Assembly (NCBI RefSeq): GCF_030684315.1
Contig: NC_081362.1
Span: 47,829,744 to 47,893,743, forward strand
DNA from: Stegostoma tigrinum
Lineage: Eukaryota
Direction of reading: 5' to 3'
Length of the DNA stretch: 64,000 nucleotides
This document shows, one piece after another, positions 25,075-35,799 of this stretch. The position numbers and the translations under genes were made by a program. The first letter of the stretch is position 1. Each line of letters begins with the position of its first letter. The notes below the pieces were generated by a model. That model saw only the letters and a list, made by a program, of their open reading frames with translations, was not told where the DNA came from and ran no database searches.

Positions 25075-25415
25075 AAATCTACCTACAAGATGCACTGCAG
25101 AAATACTACAGCACCATCCAAATCTATGACTATTTCCATCTAAAAAGGACAAAGCCAGCAGAGACACGGGAACATTATCACCCACAAGATCCCTCCAAAC
25201 TACTTACAATCCTGATTTGAAAGTATAATGCCGTTCCTTCACTTGTTAATGGGTCACTAATGTGCCATTAATATCAATTGTGGGTCTACCTATAACACAT
25301 GGACTGCACCGGTTCAATAAGGCAGTTCCATCACCATCTTCTCAAGGGCAACGAGAGATGGGCAATAAATTCTGGCTGGCTGGCAATGCCTATGTCTCAT
25401 GAGTAAATTAAAACA
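25075..25415 (+). mobile_element. CR1-type LINE 3' end
   Basis: acctacaagatgcactgcag...ggactgcaccggttcaataaggcag...ctcaagggcaac...gggcaataaat. An inverted homolog lies at 29720-30235. Confidence 0.65.
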
Positions 25416-25665
25416 AAAGTCAGGCCCTCAAAATAAATTTGATAGGTCACTAGATTACTCCCTGGGATCTATCTGGGTTTTAAAGTGCGGCAGAACATCG
25501 TCACATGCTGTAGAAAGACAGGATCAATTTATTAGCTGGTAATATAAATGCCAAATTAAATCTTACAGTAGCATCTCCCTAAATTAAATGTGAACCATCT
25601 TGTATCTCCTTGAAAATTGCCTAACAGTTAACATATTTTAAAGCAAATGTAGTAATTTTATTATT

Positions 25666-26017
25666 CCATCTATACTTCTCGCTGCCTTGGGAAGGCAACT
25701 AACATAATCAAAGACCCCTTCCACCACAGTTATATTCTGTTCCACCCTCTTCCAACAGACTGAAGACATAAAAGTTTGCATATATGTACAAATAGATTCA
25801 AGAACAACTTCTTCCCTACTGTTAATAGAGTTTTGAACAAACCTCTCAAATGTTAATTCTGATCTCTTTCTCTGCACCTTTTGTACAGCTATAACAATGT
25901 ACTCTGCACTCTGTTCTGCTACCCTGATGAAATTTGTATGATACGATCTGCCTGTATAGCACGCAAAACACCACATCTCACAATATATTGGTACACGTGA
26001 CAACAATAAGTCAATCA
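25666..26017 (+). mobile_element. Rex1/Babar LINE 3' end
   Basis: Inverted homolog of 20955-21300 (ccatctatactt...gggaaggca...agaacaacttcttccc...ggtacacgtgacaacaataa). Confidence 0.8.
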
Positions 26018-27005
26018 CTGCAGTCAGCACCCCAATAAATAAAAGGGATTGTTTGCTGTTAGATAGCAAGAAGTGGGAACCCTGAATGATCTGCTGTCTC
26101 CATCTAGCAAGCACAGAAACACTCAGCTTGGATCATTCTATTTCCCAGAGACCACAGAAAACCCTTGGAACATTCCCGGTCAGCAAGATTTGGCAACACA
26201 GTGGATAAACACATGGTGCTAACTGGAAAATGTTTGAGAACATTTTTACAGCTGAATTAGGCAATTGATGCTCTAGTTGGTTGCTTGAATTTTAAAAAGC
26301 TATGAAGCAGATTTTCTTTCAGTTAATATATTATTAGCCTTCCAGAACATAATACCACTGAAGCTATCTACAGTTACCTACTAAACTGCCCCTTTCTCTC
26401 AATGAAGAAAAATAGAATTACAAATTAAATCTCCTTTTGCTATTTCAAGCTCAAAGGCATAATTGTCTGGAACACAATTATCATGGCTTCAGTCATCTTC
26501 CATCTCCTGTTTATAATTTATGTGCCAGTGTTAAATATTTCAAAGCACAGCTGAAGAACAAGGGAGTCTTTTCAGTTTGAAAAGCAGAAAGCAAAGCTTT
26601 GTTCCCACAAGATTTTTAAATGGCATAACAAAATTTAGAAATTTCACAAAAAGGCTAAAAAAAGGACCACTCCCTCCTCTTTTCTTCCTCTATTGTTCTC
26701 AGTCGCTCAGCTACCAAAATGTTCTGTTAACTCAGTTAAGGCTAACTACCAGGAAGGTACATTATCTAATCACTCCAAATCTAGAAGGCTGTTGTCAGTC
26801 TTTTTTCCCCCCCTTTTCAAAAAATGTTTTAACTTATTAATAATATTTAGCTATTTTCTACTTAGTACCATATTATTTATTTAAAAAGCTTTAAAATGGC
26901 AATGTGCTTTAAAAAAATACTATGGCACCACATGGTTACTGCACCTGCTAAGTAGAGTTCACAGGGATCCCAACAACAGCACTAACAATGGCTTAGCATT
27001 CTTAC

Positions 27006-27114
27006 CTTGAAGCTGCTTGAATCTTCCTTCCAGCTGATTGTAATTGTATGCCATCTGAGAGGGAAAGCCACTGGATAATGGTCCTGATATGCTAGACGCC
27101 CTATGTATTTCCAT
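27006..27114 (-). CDS. SPTBN1: Beta-II spectrin alternative first coding exon (short N-terminus, isoform-2/ELF type)
   Basis: Minus strand gives MEIHRASSISGPLSSGFPSQMAYNYNQLEGRFKQLQ + 1 nt (109 nt), homologous to the mammalian alternative N-terminus MELQRTSSISGPLSPAYTGQVPYNYNQLEGRFKQLQ. Phase-1 donor CAAG|GTAAGA, same phase as the 60641 exon. Confidence 0.95.
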
Positions 27115-27900
27115 TTGATGGCAATATAATGAAGCGTAAAACGGTAAAAATAAGGAGAAATGCTATCCTCCCGCAGACTCAGTGCACCACAAAACCCTGG
27201 TAGAAAAGTGTGGCTGGTTACTGCTCGTGTAACTGGCCTGTAAGTAAGCTTCTTAAATAACCAGAAATCTAGCATGCTCCATTCAGTATAGGTTGATAGT
27301 GTAAAAACGCATCACCCATAGATCAGCATCACATCGCTTTTTGATTGTCCAGTTCGCTAGTCTCCAGACTATTTTAGCCAACAGCTTTAAAATTTCCAAG
27401 GAAATGAACGAATGAACGGCACACCCACTCAACATAAGCCTACAGTTTATCCTCCTTCTTTCAGAAGCCAATAAGCACACCTTCACATTACTCCAGTCTG
27501 CAATGTAATTTAAGTAGTAGGCAGTCACAGTTTGAATGATGTCACTATTAACATAGGAGTAGGAAGGAACGGAATGTACCACTTGCATAAAAAAGGGGTT
27601 TACGAAAGGTATGCAATCGTAAAACACATCGAGTAACTGCTATAAAAAACTTGTCCTTTGTGCACATCTCAAATTAACTAAAATTTTCAAGATTTTTAAA
27701 TGAAGAGTGTTTTCCTCCAAAAAATACACAATAAAGCGCTTCCTGTTATGGGAGAATTGCAATCGTTTGTTTTAAGTGCCTCATGTAACGGGAAAGTCTC
27801 ATATTTCTAACAGAAAGGAAGGAGGAAGAATGTCCTTTTTTTCCTTGCATTTCATACAGAATAGAACGACAGTACAAACATTTCAATACTGTCCTTAAAC
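27115..27900 (-). promoter_or_regulatory. SPTBN1: Putative internal promoter and 5' UTR of the alternative SPTBN1 first exon
   Basis: Lies directly upstream of the alternative ATG, has no recognisable TE, shows visibly more CpG than the flanks, and has CCAAT at 27468-27472 (+ strand). The TSS cannot be determined from sequence. Confidence 0.5.
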
Positions 27901-28159
27901 TTCTGGATTCACTTAAAACTGGAATTAAGACACCACAGTCACATGCATCTGTATTTCCATTGCAAGCTGATTATTAAACCTTAAAGTCCTGGCAGCAATT
28001 TAAAATATTCAGAAATAAAATAGTGCTTCCCAGATTGCCTTAGCCTTTTTGCAACTCTGTAAATACGGCAGAGTAAAAAAGCATGATTTGCATATCAACT
28101 GGCTGGTACTTAAATTGTTGTTATCATTCACAGCCTGAGGAAACCATATAACCCCCCAC

Positions 28160-29604
28160 CCCGGCTTCCTCAGTTACGTTGATGGCTGTATCGGCACAGC
28201 CTCATGCTCCCACGAGAAGCTCAAACAGTTCATCCACTTCACCAACAGTTTCCAAACCAACCTTAAGCTCACCTGGACCATCTCTGATGCCTCTCTCTCC
28301 TTCCTGGACCTCTCTATTTCCATCTCTGGCAATCAGCTGGAAACCGACTTCAAGCCCACCGACTCCCACAGCTACCTAGAATACACTTCTCACCCATCTT
28401 CCTGCAAAAATACCATCCCCGATTCCCAATTGCTTCGCCTCCTCCGCATCTTCTCCCACGATGAAGCATTCCACTCCCACACATCTCAGATGTCCTCGTT
28501 TTTCAAGGATCGCAACTTTCCCCCCTCAGTGGTCAAGAATGCCCTCAACAGTGTCTCCCGCAACTCATCCCTCACACCCCCTCCCCACAATAATAACCAA
28601 AACAGAATCCCCCTCGTCCTCACATACCACCCCACCAACTTCCGGATCCAACGCATCATCCTCTGACACTTCTGCCATCTGCAATCCAAACCCACCACCA
28701 AAGACATTTTTCCATCCCCACCCTTATCTGCTTTCCGGAGAGACCACTCTCTCCATGACTCCCTTGTGCACTCCACACTGCCCTCCAGCCCCACCACACC
28801 CGGCACTTTTCCCTGCAACCGCAGGAAGTGCTACACCTGCCCCCACACCACCTCCCTCACCCCCATCCCAGGCTCCAAGAAGACTTTCCACATCGTGCAG
28901 GTGAACATCTGCACATCTGCTAATGTGGTATACTGTATCCGCTGTTCCCGTTGTAGCATCCGTTACATCAGGAAAACCAAGCAGCGGCTTGGGACCGCTT
29001 TGCAGAACACCTACGCTTGGTTTACACTAAACAACTGTACGTCCCAGTCGCAAACCATTTCAACTCCCCCTCCCATTCCTCAGATGACATGTCTATCATG
29101 GGCCTCCTGCAGTGCCACAACGATGCTACCCGAAGGTTGCAGGAACAGCAACTCATATTCTGCTTGGGAACCCTGCAGCCCAATGGTATCAATGTGGACT
29201 TCACAGATTCAAAATCTCCCCTCTCCCTGCCGCATCCCAAAACCAGTCTAGCTTGTCCCTGCCCCCCAACTTGTCCTTCCTCCCACCCCTATCCCCTATC
29301 TACTCACCTCATCCTGCCCCCTTGACCTGTCCATCCTCCCTGTACTGACCTATCTCCTCCCTAACTCCCCATCTGCACTCACCTTTACTGGCTCCATCCC
29401 CACCTCTTTGACCTGTCTGTCTCTTCTCCACCTATCTTCTCCTCTATCCATCTTCTATGCACCTCCCGCTCCCTCCCTATTTATTTCAGAACATCCTTCC
29501 CTTCCCCCATTTCTGAAGAAGGGTCTAGACCCAAAACGTCAGCCTTCCTGCTCCTCTGATGCTGCTTGGCGTGCTGTATTCATCCAGCTCTGCACCTTGT
29601 TATC
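28160..29604 (+). mobile_element. Neptune-type Penelope-like element, 5'-truncated (RT C-terminus, GIY-YIG endonuclease, pLTR)
   Basis: Peptides PCNRRKCYTC and CTSANVVYCIRCSRCSIRYI, homologous to 41368-43150, with stops and frameshifts. The pLTR ends ttgttatc. Confidence 0.9.
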
Positions 29605-29719
29605 AGTGGTATTTTTAGACCCACCACCCTAACTCAAACCACAAAAAAATGTCTACCATGTTTTTGTCCACACTGACAGCAATATAAACAGAAGCAAATA
29701 TTAACACAGCACTTGCAAT

Positions 29720-30235
29720 TTCTTTTTATCCCATCGTGGGATGTAGTGTCAGCATTTATTGTCCTATTCTTCAAGAAGTGGTGTGAGCTGCTACTATCTA
29801 ACCGCAAGTACACCCATAGTGTTGTTGGGAAGAGAGATCCAGAATCTTGATCCTATAACCATGAAGGAAAAGTGACATAATTCTAAGTCAGGATGGTGTG
29901 TGGCTTGGAAGGGAATTGACACATGGTATTGGTCTCATGCATCTGTTGTGCTTGATCTTCTAGGTAGTAGGAATCATAGATTTGGAAGGAACCTTGATAA
30001 GTTGCTGCAGTGCATTTTTTCTAAACCACATAATGCTGTCACTGTGCATTGGTTGAGGAGTGAATGCATGTTTAAAATTGACAAATAGAGTGCCAATCAA
30101 GCAGGCTGTTTTGACCTGGATAGTGTTGATCTTCTTGTGTGTTGTTGGAGCTTCGTTCATCTAAGCAAGTAGGGAGTATTCCATCATTTTCCTGATTTGT
30201 GCTTGATAGATGGTGGACAAGCTTATTCACAGTTT
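29720..30235 (-). mobile_element. CR1-type LINE 3' fragment
   Basis: Inverted homolog of 25075-25415. ORF-track peptide EAPTTHKKINTIQVKTACLIGT. Confidence 0.65.
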
Positions 30236-30259
30236 GAGAGCTGCTTTTGCATTTATATA

Positions 30260-32740
30260 AGAGTCAGAGTCATACAGCACAGAAACAGAGCCTTTGGCCC
30301 AACCAGTCCATGCCAAACATAATCCCAAACTAAAATAGTCCCACCTGCCTGCTCCTGGACTATTTCCCTCCAAACCATTTCTATTCATTTATCCATGCAA
30401 GTGTCTTTTAAACATTGTAATTTTACTCGCATCCACCACTTCCTCAGGAAGTTCATTCCACACGTGAACCATAACCTGTGTAAAAAAAATTGCCTCATGT
30501 CTCACCTTAAAAATGTGCCCCCTACTCTTGAAAACCCCCATCTGAGGGAAAAGACAACCACCATTAACTCTAGAGATAATGGGGAAACCAAGCGGAGGGT
30601 TGGGGACCGCTTTGCAGAACACCTCCGCTCGGTTCGCTACGATCAACTGCACCTCCCAGTCGCAAACCATTTCCACTCCCCCTCCCATTCTCTAGATGAC
30701 ATGTCCATCATGGGCCTCCTGCACTGCCACAATGATGCCACCCGAAGGTTGCAGGAACAGCAACTCATATTCCGCCTGGGAACCCTGCAGCCATATGGTA
30801 TCAATGTGGACTTCACCAGTTTCAAAATCTCCCCTTCCCCTACTGCATCCCTAAACCAGCCCAGTTCGACCCCTCCCCCCACTGCACCACACAACCAGCC
30901 CAGCTCTTCCCCCCCCACCCACTGTATCCCAAAACCAGTCCAACCTGTCTCTGCCTCCTAACCGGTTCTTCCTCTCACCCATCCCTTCCTCCCACCCCAA
31001 GCCGCACCCCCAGCTACCTACTAACCTCATCCCACCTCCTTGACCTGTCCGTCTTCCCTGGACTGACCTATCCCCTCCCTACCTCCCCACCTATACTCTC
31101 TCCACCTATCTTCTTTACTCTCCATCTTCGGTCCGCCTCCCCCCTCTCCCTATTTATTCCAGTTCCCTCTCCCCATCCCCCTCTCTGATGAAGGGTCTAG
31201 GCCCGAAACGTCAGCTTTTGTGCTCCAGAGATGCTGCTTGGCCTGCTGTGTTCATCCAGCCTCACATTTTATTATCACCATTAACTCTAGCTATATCTCT
31301 GATTATTTTATAAATTTCGATCAGATCGCCTCTCAACCTCCTACATTCCAGGAAAAAAAAGTCCCAGCCTATCCAGCCTTTCTTTATTACTCAAACCTTC
31401 CAGACCCAGCAACATCCTGGTAAATCTCTTCTAAGCCCTCTCCAGCATGATAATACCCTTCCTATAATTGGAAGACCAGAACAGGACATAGTATTCCAAA
31501 AGAGACTTCACCAAGGTCCCGTGCAACCTCAACATAATGTCCCAAATCCCCTACTCAAAGGACTGAGCAATGAACGCAAGCATGCCAGACGCCTTTTTAA
31601 CCACCCTGTCTACGTGTGACGTGAACTTCAAAGAATTATGCCTGCACCCGTAAGCCCCTCTTTTCTACATTACCCAATGCCCTACCATTAATTGTATAAG
31701 CCCTGTATGTTGTACCAGAATGCAGTACCTCACATTTATTCAGATTGAACTCCCATTTTTCAGGCCATTGACCCATTAGATCAAGATCCCTTTGTAATCT
31801 TAGAAAACCATCTTCATTGTCTACTATGCTATTGATTTTGGTGTTGTCCACAAATTTACTAACTATGCCTTGTAAATTCTCATCCAAATCATTTATATAA
31901 TTGGTAAAGAAAAGAGGATCCAGAACTGATCCCTGTGAAAGACCGCTGGTCACAGGCCTCCAGTCTGAAAAGCAACCCTGCACCGTTACTCTGTCTCCTG
32001 CCATTAAAGCAATTATACGTCCAATTGGCAAACTCATCCTGAATCCCACGTGACCTAACTTTACTAGTTATTCTACCCTGCGGAACATTGTCAAAGGCTT
32101 TAATAAACTCCAAAGAAACAATGTATACAGCTCTGCCATCAGCAATCTTTTCAGTAACTTCCTCAAAACATTCAAACAAATTTGAGAGACACAATATTCC
32201 TCACACAAAACCATGCTGACTATCCCTAGTCAATTTGTGCCTCTCTAAATGTCCACAAATCCTATCTTTTATAATAACCTCCAACAATTTGCCCACAACC
32301 AAAGTCTGATTCACAGGTCTATAGTTCCTTGGTTTGTCTTAATAACTTTTCTTAAACCAAGGTACAAGATTGGCCATCCTACATCCTACACTGGTAGCTA
32401 TAGATAATGCAAATATTTCTGTAAGGGGTCTCGCAATTTCCTCCCTTACTTCCCACAATGTTCTGGGATACATTAGATCATGTCCTGGAGATTTATCCAC
32501 ATTTATATTCTCTAAGACCTCCCAAATGTCCTCTTTTGTAATGTGAACTATTTTTAAAAATATCAAAGTTTGTTTCTCCGCATTCTCTAGACTTCATTTA
32601 TTTCTCCATTGTAATAACATGCGAAATATTAATTTAGTATCTCTCCCCTCTCCTGGGGCTCAACACAAAGACAACCTCCCTGATCTTTAAGAGATTCTAC
32701 TCTTGCTCTAGTTTCCCTCTTGCTCAATATATTTGCAAAA
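30260..32740 (-). mobile_element. HER1/CR1 LINE, 5'-truncated, interrupted by a Penelope insertion
   Basis: Peptides [55 protein letters not shown] and SKFVDNTKI. Confidence 0.9.
30574..31275 (+). mobile_element. Young Penelope-like 3' fragment with inverted tail stub and 15-bp TSD
   Basis: Encodes GETKRRVGDRFAEHLRSV...HFHSPSHS and carries a pLTR with ctgatga...gaaacgtc. Flanked by the direct repeat caccattaactctag (30559-30573, 31276-31290). Confidence 0.92.
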
Positions 32741-32749
32741 TCATGGCTG

Positions 32750-34450
32750 GACCAATTCAGTGTTTGGTGGGGATTCAGTAATAATAATGCCATTGAATGT
32801 CAGGTGAATGCCTCTAGTTGTAGATAGTCATTCCCTGGCATTTGCATGATGTGAAAGATAGCTGTCAGCCCAAACCTGAACGTTATCCAGGTCGTGATGT
32901 ATATTGAAATGTACAGCTTCAGAATCAGAGGTCCCAAACATTGTGAATTATCAGTGAACACCTCTACTTTGATGAAAGGAAAGTTAGTGATAAATTGATA
33001 AAATTCAAGGTGGTTGGACTTCTAATATTTCCTGAAGGACTCCTACAGCAATGCAACTGGAACTATCTGATTGGCCTCGAACATAGCCATCTTCCTTATT
33101 AAACAGGTACAAATGCAACCAATGGAAGGTTTTCCAGATTCCCAATGATTTCAGTTTTGCTAAGGCCTCCTTGATCTCATACGAGTCAAAAGCCACTGTG
33201 ATGTCAAGGTTGGTCACTCTTACCTCAGGATTACTGTCCATGTCTGAACTAAGTAAGCAGTGAGGTCAGAAAGTAAGTTGCTCTGATGGAACCTAGACAG
33301 TGCATATTGAACAGGTTATTGCAATGAAAGTACTGATTTACAGTACTGCCAACGACACCTTCCATCATGATTATAAGGCGGCTTACCGGGTGGTAATTAG
33401 CTACAATAGATGTGTCCTGCTTTTGCAACATGGCACATCTCCACAGTGTGGCTCTTGAGGCATAGTGGTAGTGGCCCTTCCTCTGACCCAGGAAGTCTGT
33501 CACAACATGTCTGAGCAAGTTGATTAAAAAAAATACCTGGGTAGTCCACATTATCAGGTAGATGTCAGTGTCATAGATGTATTGAAACTGCCCGGATAGA
33601 GTTCAGGAAGAATTCTAGTCCACAAATCTTCATCACTATTGGCAGGATGTTTTGGAACCACATAATTAAAGTATGAGATACTGCAATAACTGTTTCTTGA
33701 TATTGTGTGGTGTGAATTAAATTAGCAGAATATTAGCATCTATGATGCTGACAATCTTACGAGAAGGCCAACATGGATCTCCACCAAACATTTCTAGTTG
33801 AAGATGATGGTAAATGCTTCAGCTTTATCTTTTATACCAATTTTATGGCTCGCCTATCATTGAGATATTTACGGGGCCTCTTTCTCCGGTTAAATTTTTA
33901 GTTGTACAACACCATTGATCATTGGGTATAGAAGAGAGTAGAGCTTAGACCAGGTCCATTGTTTCAGAGGTGGCTTCATTCTGCCCAATTTTGCTGCTTC
34001 TGTTGTTTGGCACAAGTCGTCTTGAGCTGTATTTTCAAAAGGTTGATACCTCATTTTTAGGCATATGTTCCTGTGCTCTTCTTTAAACTACAGTTGACCC
34101 CTTGGCTTACCAATATTGGGTGAATTAGGGACATGGTGAATTAGTTTACAGACCATTGATAAATATCATTCTGCTGCTGCTGATCACCTACTGTGCTTCA
34201 TGGATGCCTAGCTGCTTTTATACAAAATCTTTCCGAGTTAGCATGGTGATAATGCCACTGATCAAAATGGATATATGCTCGGTGCAAAGATGAGATTTGG
34301 TTTTCACAAACAGTAAGGACTATGCGATGGTCACATATACCAATGTTGTCAAGTTCAAACGGATCTGCAAGAGGTAGACTGGTGAATACTAGGTTTACTA
34401 GCTTTTTCCATCTTGTTATTTCCCTGGCTATCTGCTGCAAGCCCAATATC
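32750..34450 (-). mobile_element. Decayed CR1-type LINE fragment (contains a short SINE at ~33450-33535)
   Basis: Peptides EVRVTNLDITVAFD, ANYHPVSRL..MMEGVV and GICDHRIVL...WHYHHANSERF. Confidence 0.65.
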
Positions 34451-34454
34451 AAGG

Positions 34455-35060
34455 ATCCTTCTGTCTTCACTGCAGAGGATAAAAATAACATCCCAGAAAT
34501 AACAGAATCTCAAGGTGAAAGAGAGTGAGCAATTTAAAATTGTGAGAAAGGTACTGACGAAATTATTATATCCAAACACTTATTTGTTTCTTGGCCCTGA
34601 TGGACTTGATTCAAGGATGTTAAAATAAATGGCTGTTGAAGTAGTGGCTGCATTGGTTTCAATTTTCCAATTCCTCTAAATTCTGGAAAAGGCCATCAGA
34701 CTACTGGCCAGTAAATGCAACTCCTCTAGGAGGGAGGAGAGAGACAAAGCAGGAAACTGCAGGCCAATTAACCAAACAACTGTCACAGGGAAATACAAAG
34801 ATCTACTATTAACAAGGCTATAGCACAGCACTTAGAATATCTTAATGTAATTGGCTAGAACCAGCATGGTTTTATGAAAGCGGAAACATGTTTCACTAAT
34901 TTATTAGAGATCTTTGACAAAGATGTAGATAAATGATAACCCATGGATGTACTGGCCATCGATTGCCAGAAAACAACCGATAAAATGCCATGTCGAAAGG
35001 TAGGAGAGGAGATTGTGGCATAGGGAATAACATATTGACATAGGAGGGGATTAGCTAACA
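34455..35060 (+). mobile_element. Decayed CR1 RT fragment
   Basis: Encodes SVFTAED, GPDGL..RML and NQHGFMKAETCFTNLLEIF. Confidence 0.7.
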
Positions 35061-35094
35061 TAGAAATTTAGAAAATAGGAGTAGGATTAGACAT

Positions 35095-35490
35095 CGTAGG
35101 AGCAAATTACTGCAGATGCTAGAATCTGTATTTAAAACGAACAAAATACTGGAAATCACAGCGAGTCAGGCAGCATCCATGGTGAGAGAGCCAGCTAATG
35201 TTTTGAGTCTAGATGACTCTTCATCAGAGCTGACACAGGGTGAAGGAGCTGCATTGATATGGAATAGTGTTGGGGGTGGAGTGCTGAGGGAGAAAGGCTG
35301 TTGGCAGTGCAGTTTAAGTGACTGGAATATGAGAATGTCAGAATAATGATGTGTAGACTGCCAAACTGAAAAGAACAGATGGTCCCACTGGAGTGGGGCA
35401 AGAGGACATGGTGACAGAGAATGCAACAAGTAGAGCTAAAAGAAAGGGAAGAATTGGGTTCACAATCTGAACTCACTCCCATTCAATGGG
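35095..35490 (-). mobile_element. Penelope-like pLTR/3' fragment with tail
   Basis: Minus strand agctctgatgaagagtcatctagactcaaaacattagct (hammerhead-like) and tail ...atctgcagtaatttgctcctac. Same family as 505-675. Confidence 0.75.
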
Positions 35491-35799
35491 ATGCCTATCT
35501 TTTCTCAGGTAAAGGGAGCAAAACCCACATACACTGCACCAGATAAGGTATCACCAAGGCCTCGTTCAGCAGCATTAAGACCTCCTTGCTTCTGTACTCA
35601 AACTCTTGTACAATGAAGGCCAAAAAATATATTTGCCTTCCAAGCTGCTCGCAGCTTCTACATGCTTGCTTCTAATGACTGGTGTACATGGACATTCAGA
35701 TCCCTTTATACATAACATTAACATTTCCCAATCTATCATTTAAGTAACACTCTACTTTTTATTTTTACTACCCGTGTGGACAACTTTACATTTATCCAC

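Noticed and set aside
25638-26114. 158-aa ORF
   Set aside because: Mostly the antisense reading of a Rex1/Babar 3' fragment.
28160-29604. TSD or inverted tail for this Penelope copy
   Set aside because: No convincing flanking direct repeat was found. The copy is older and more diverged.
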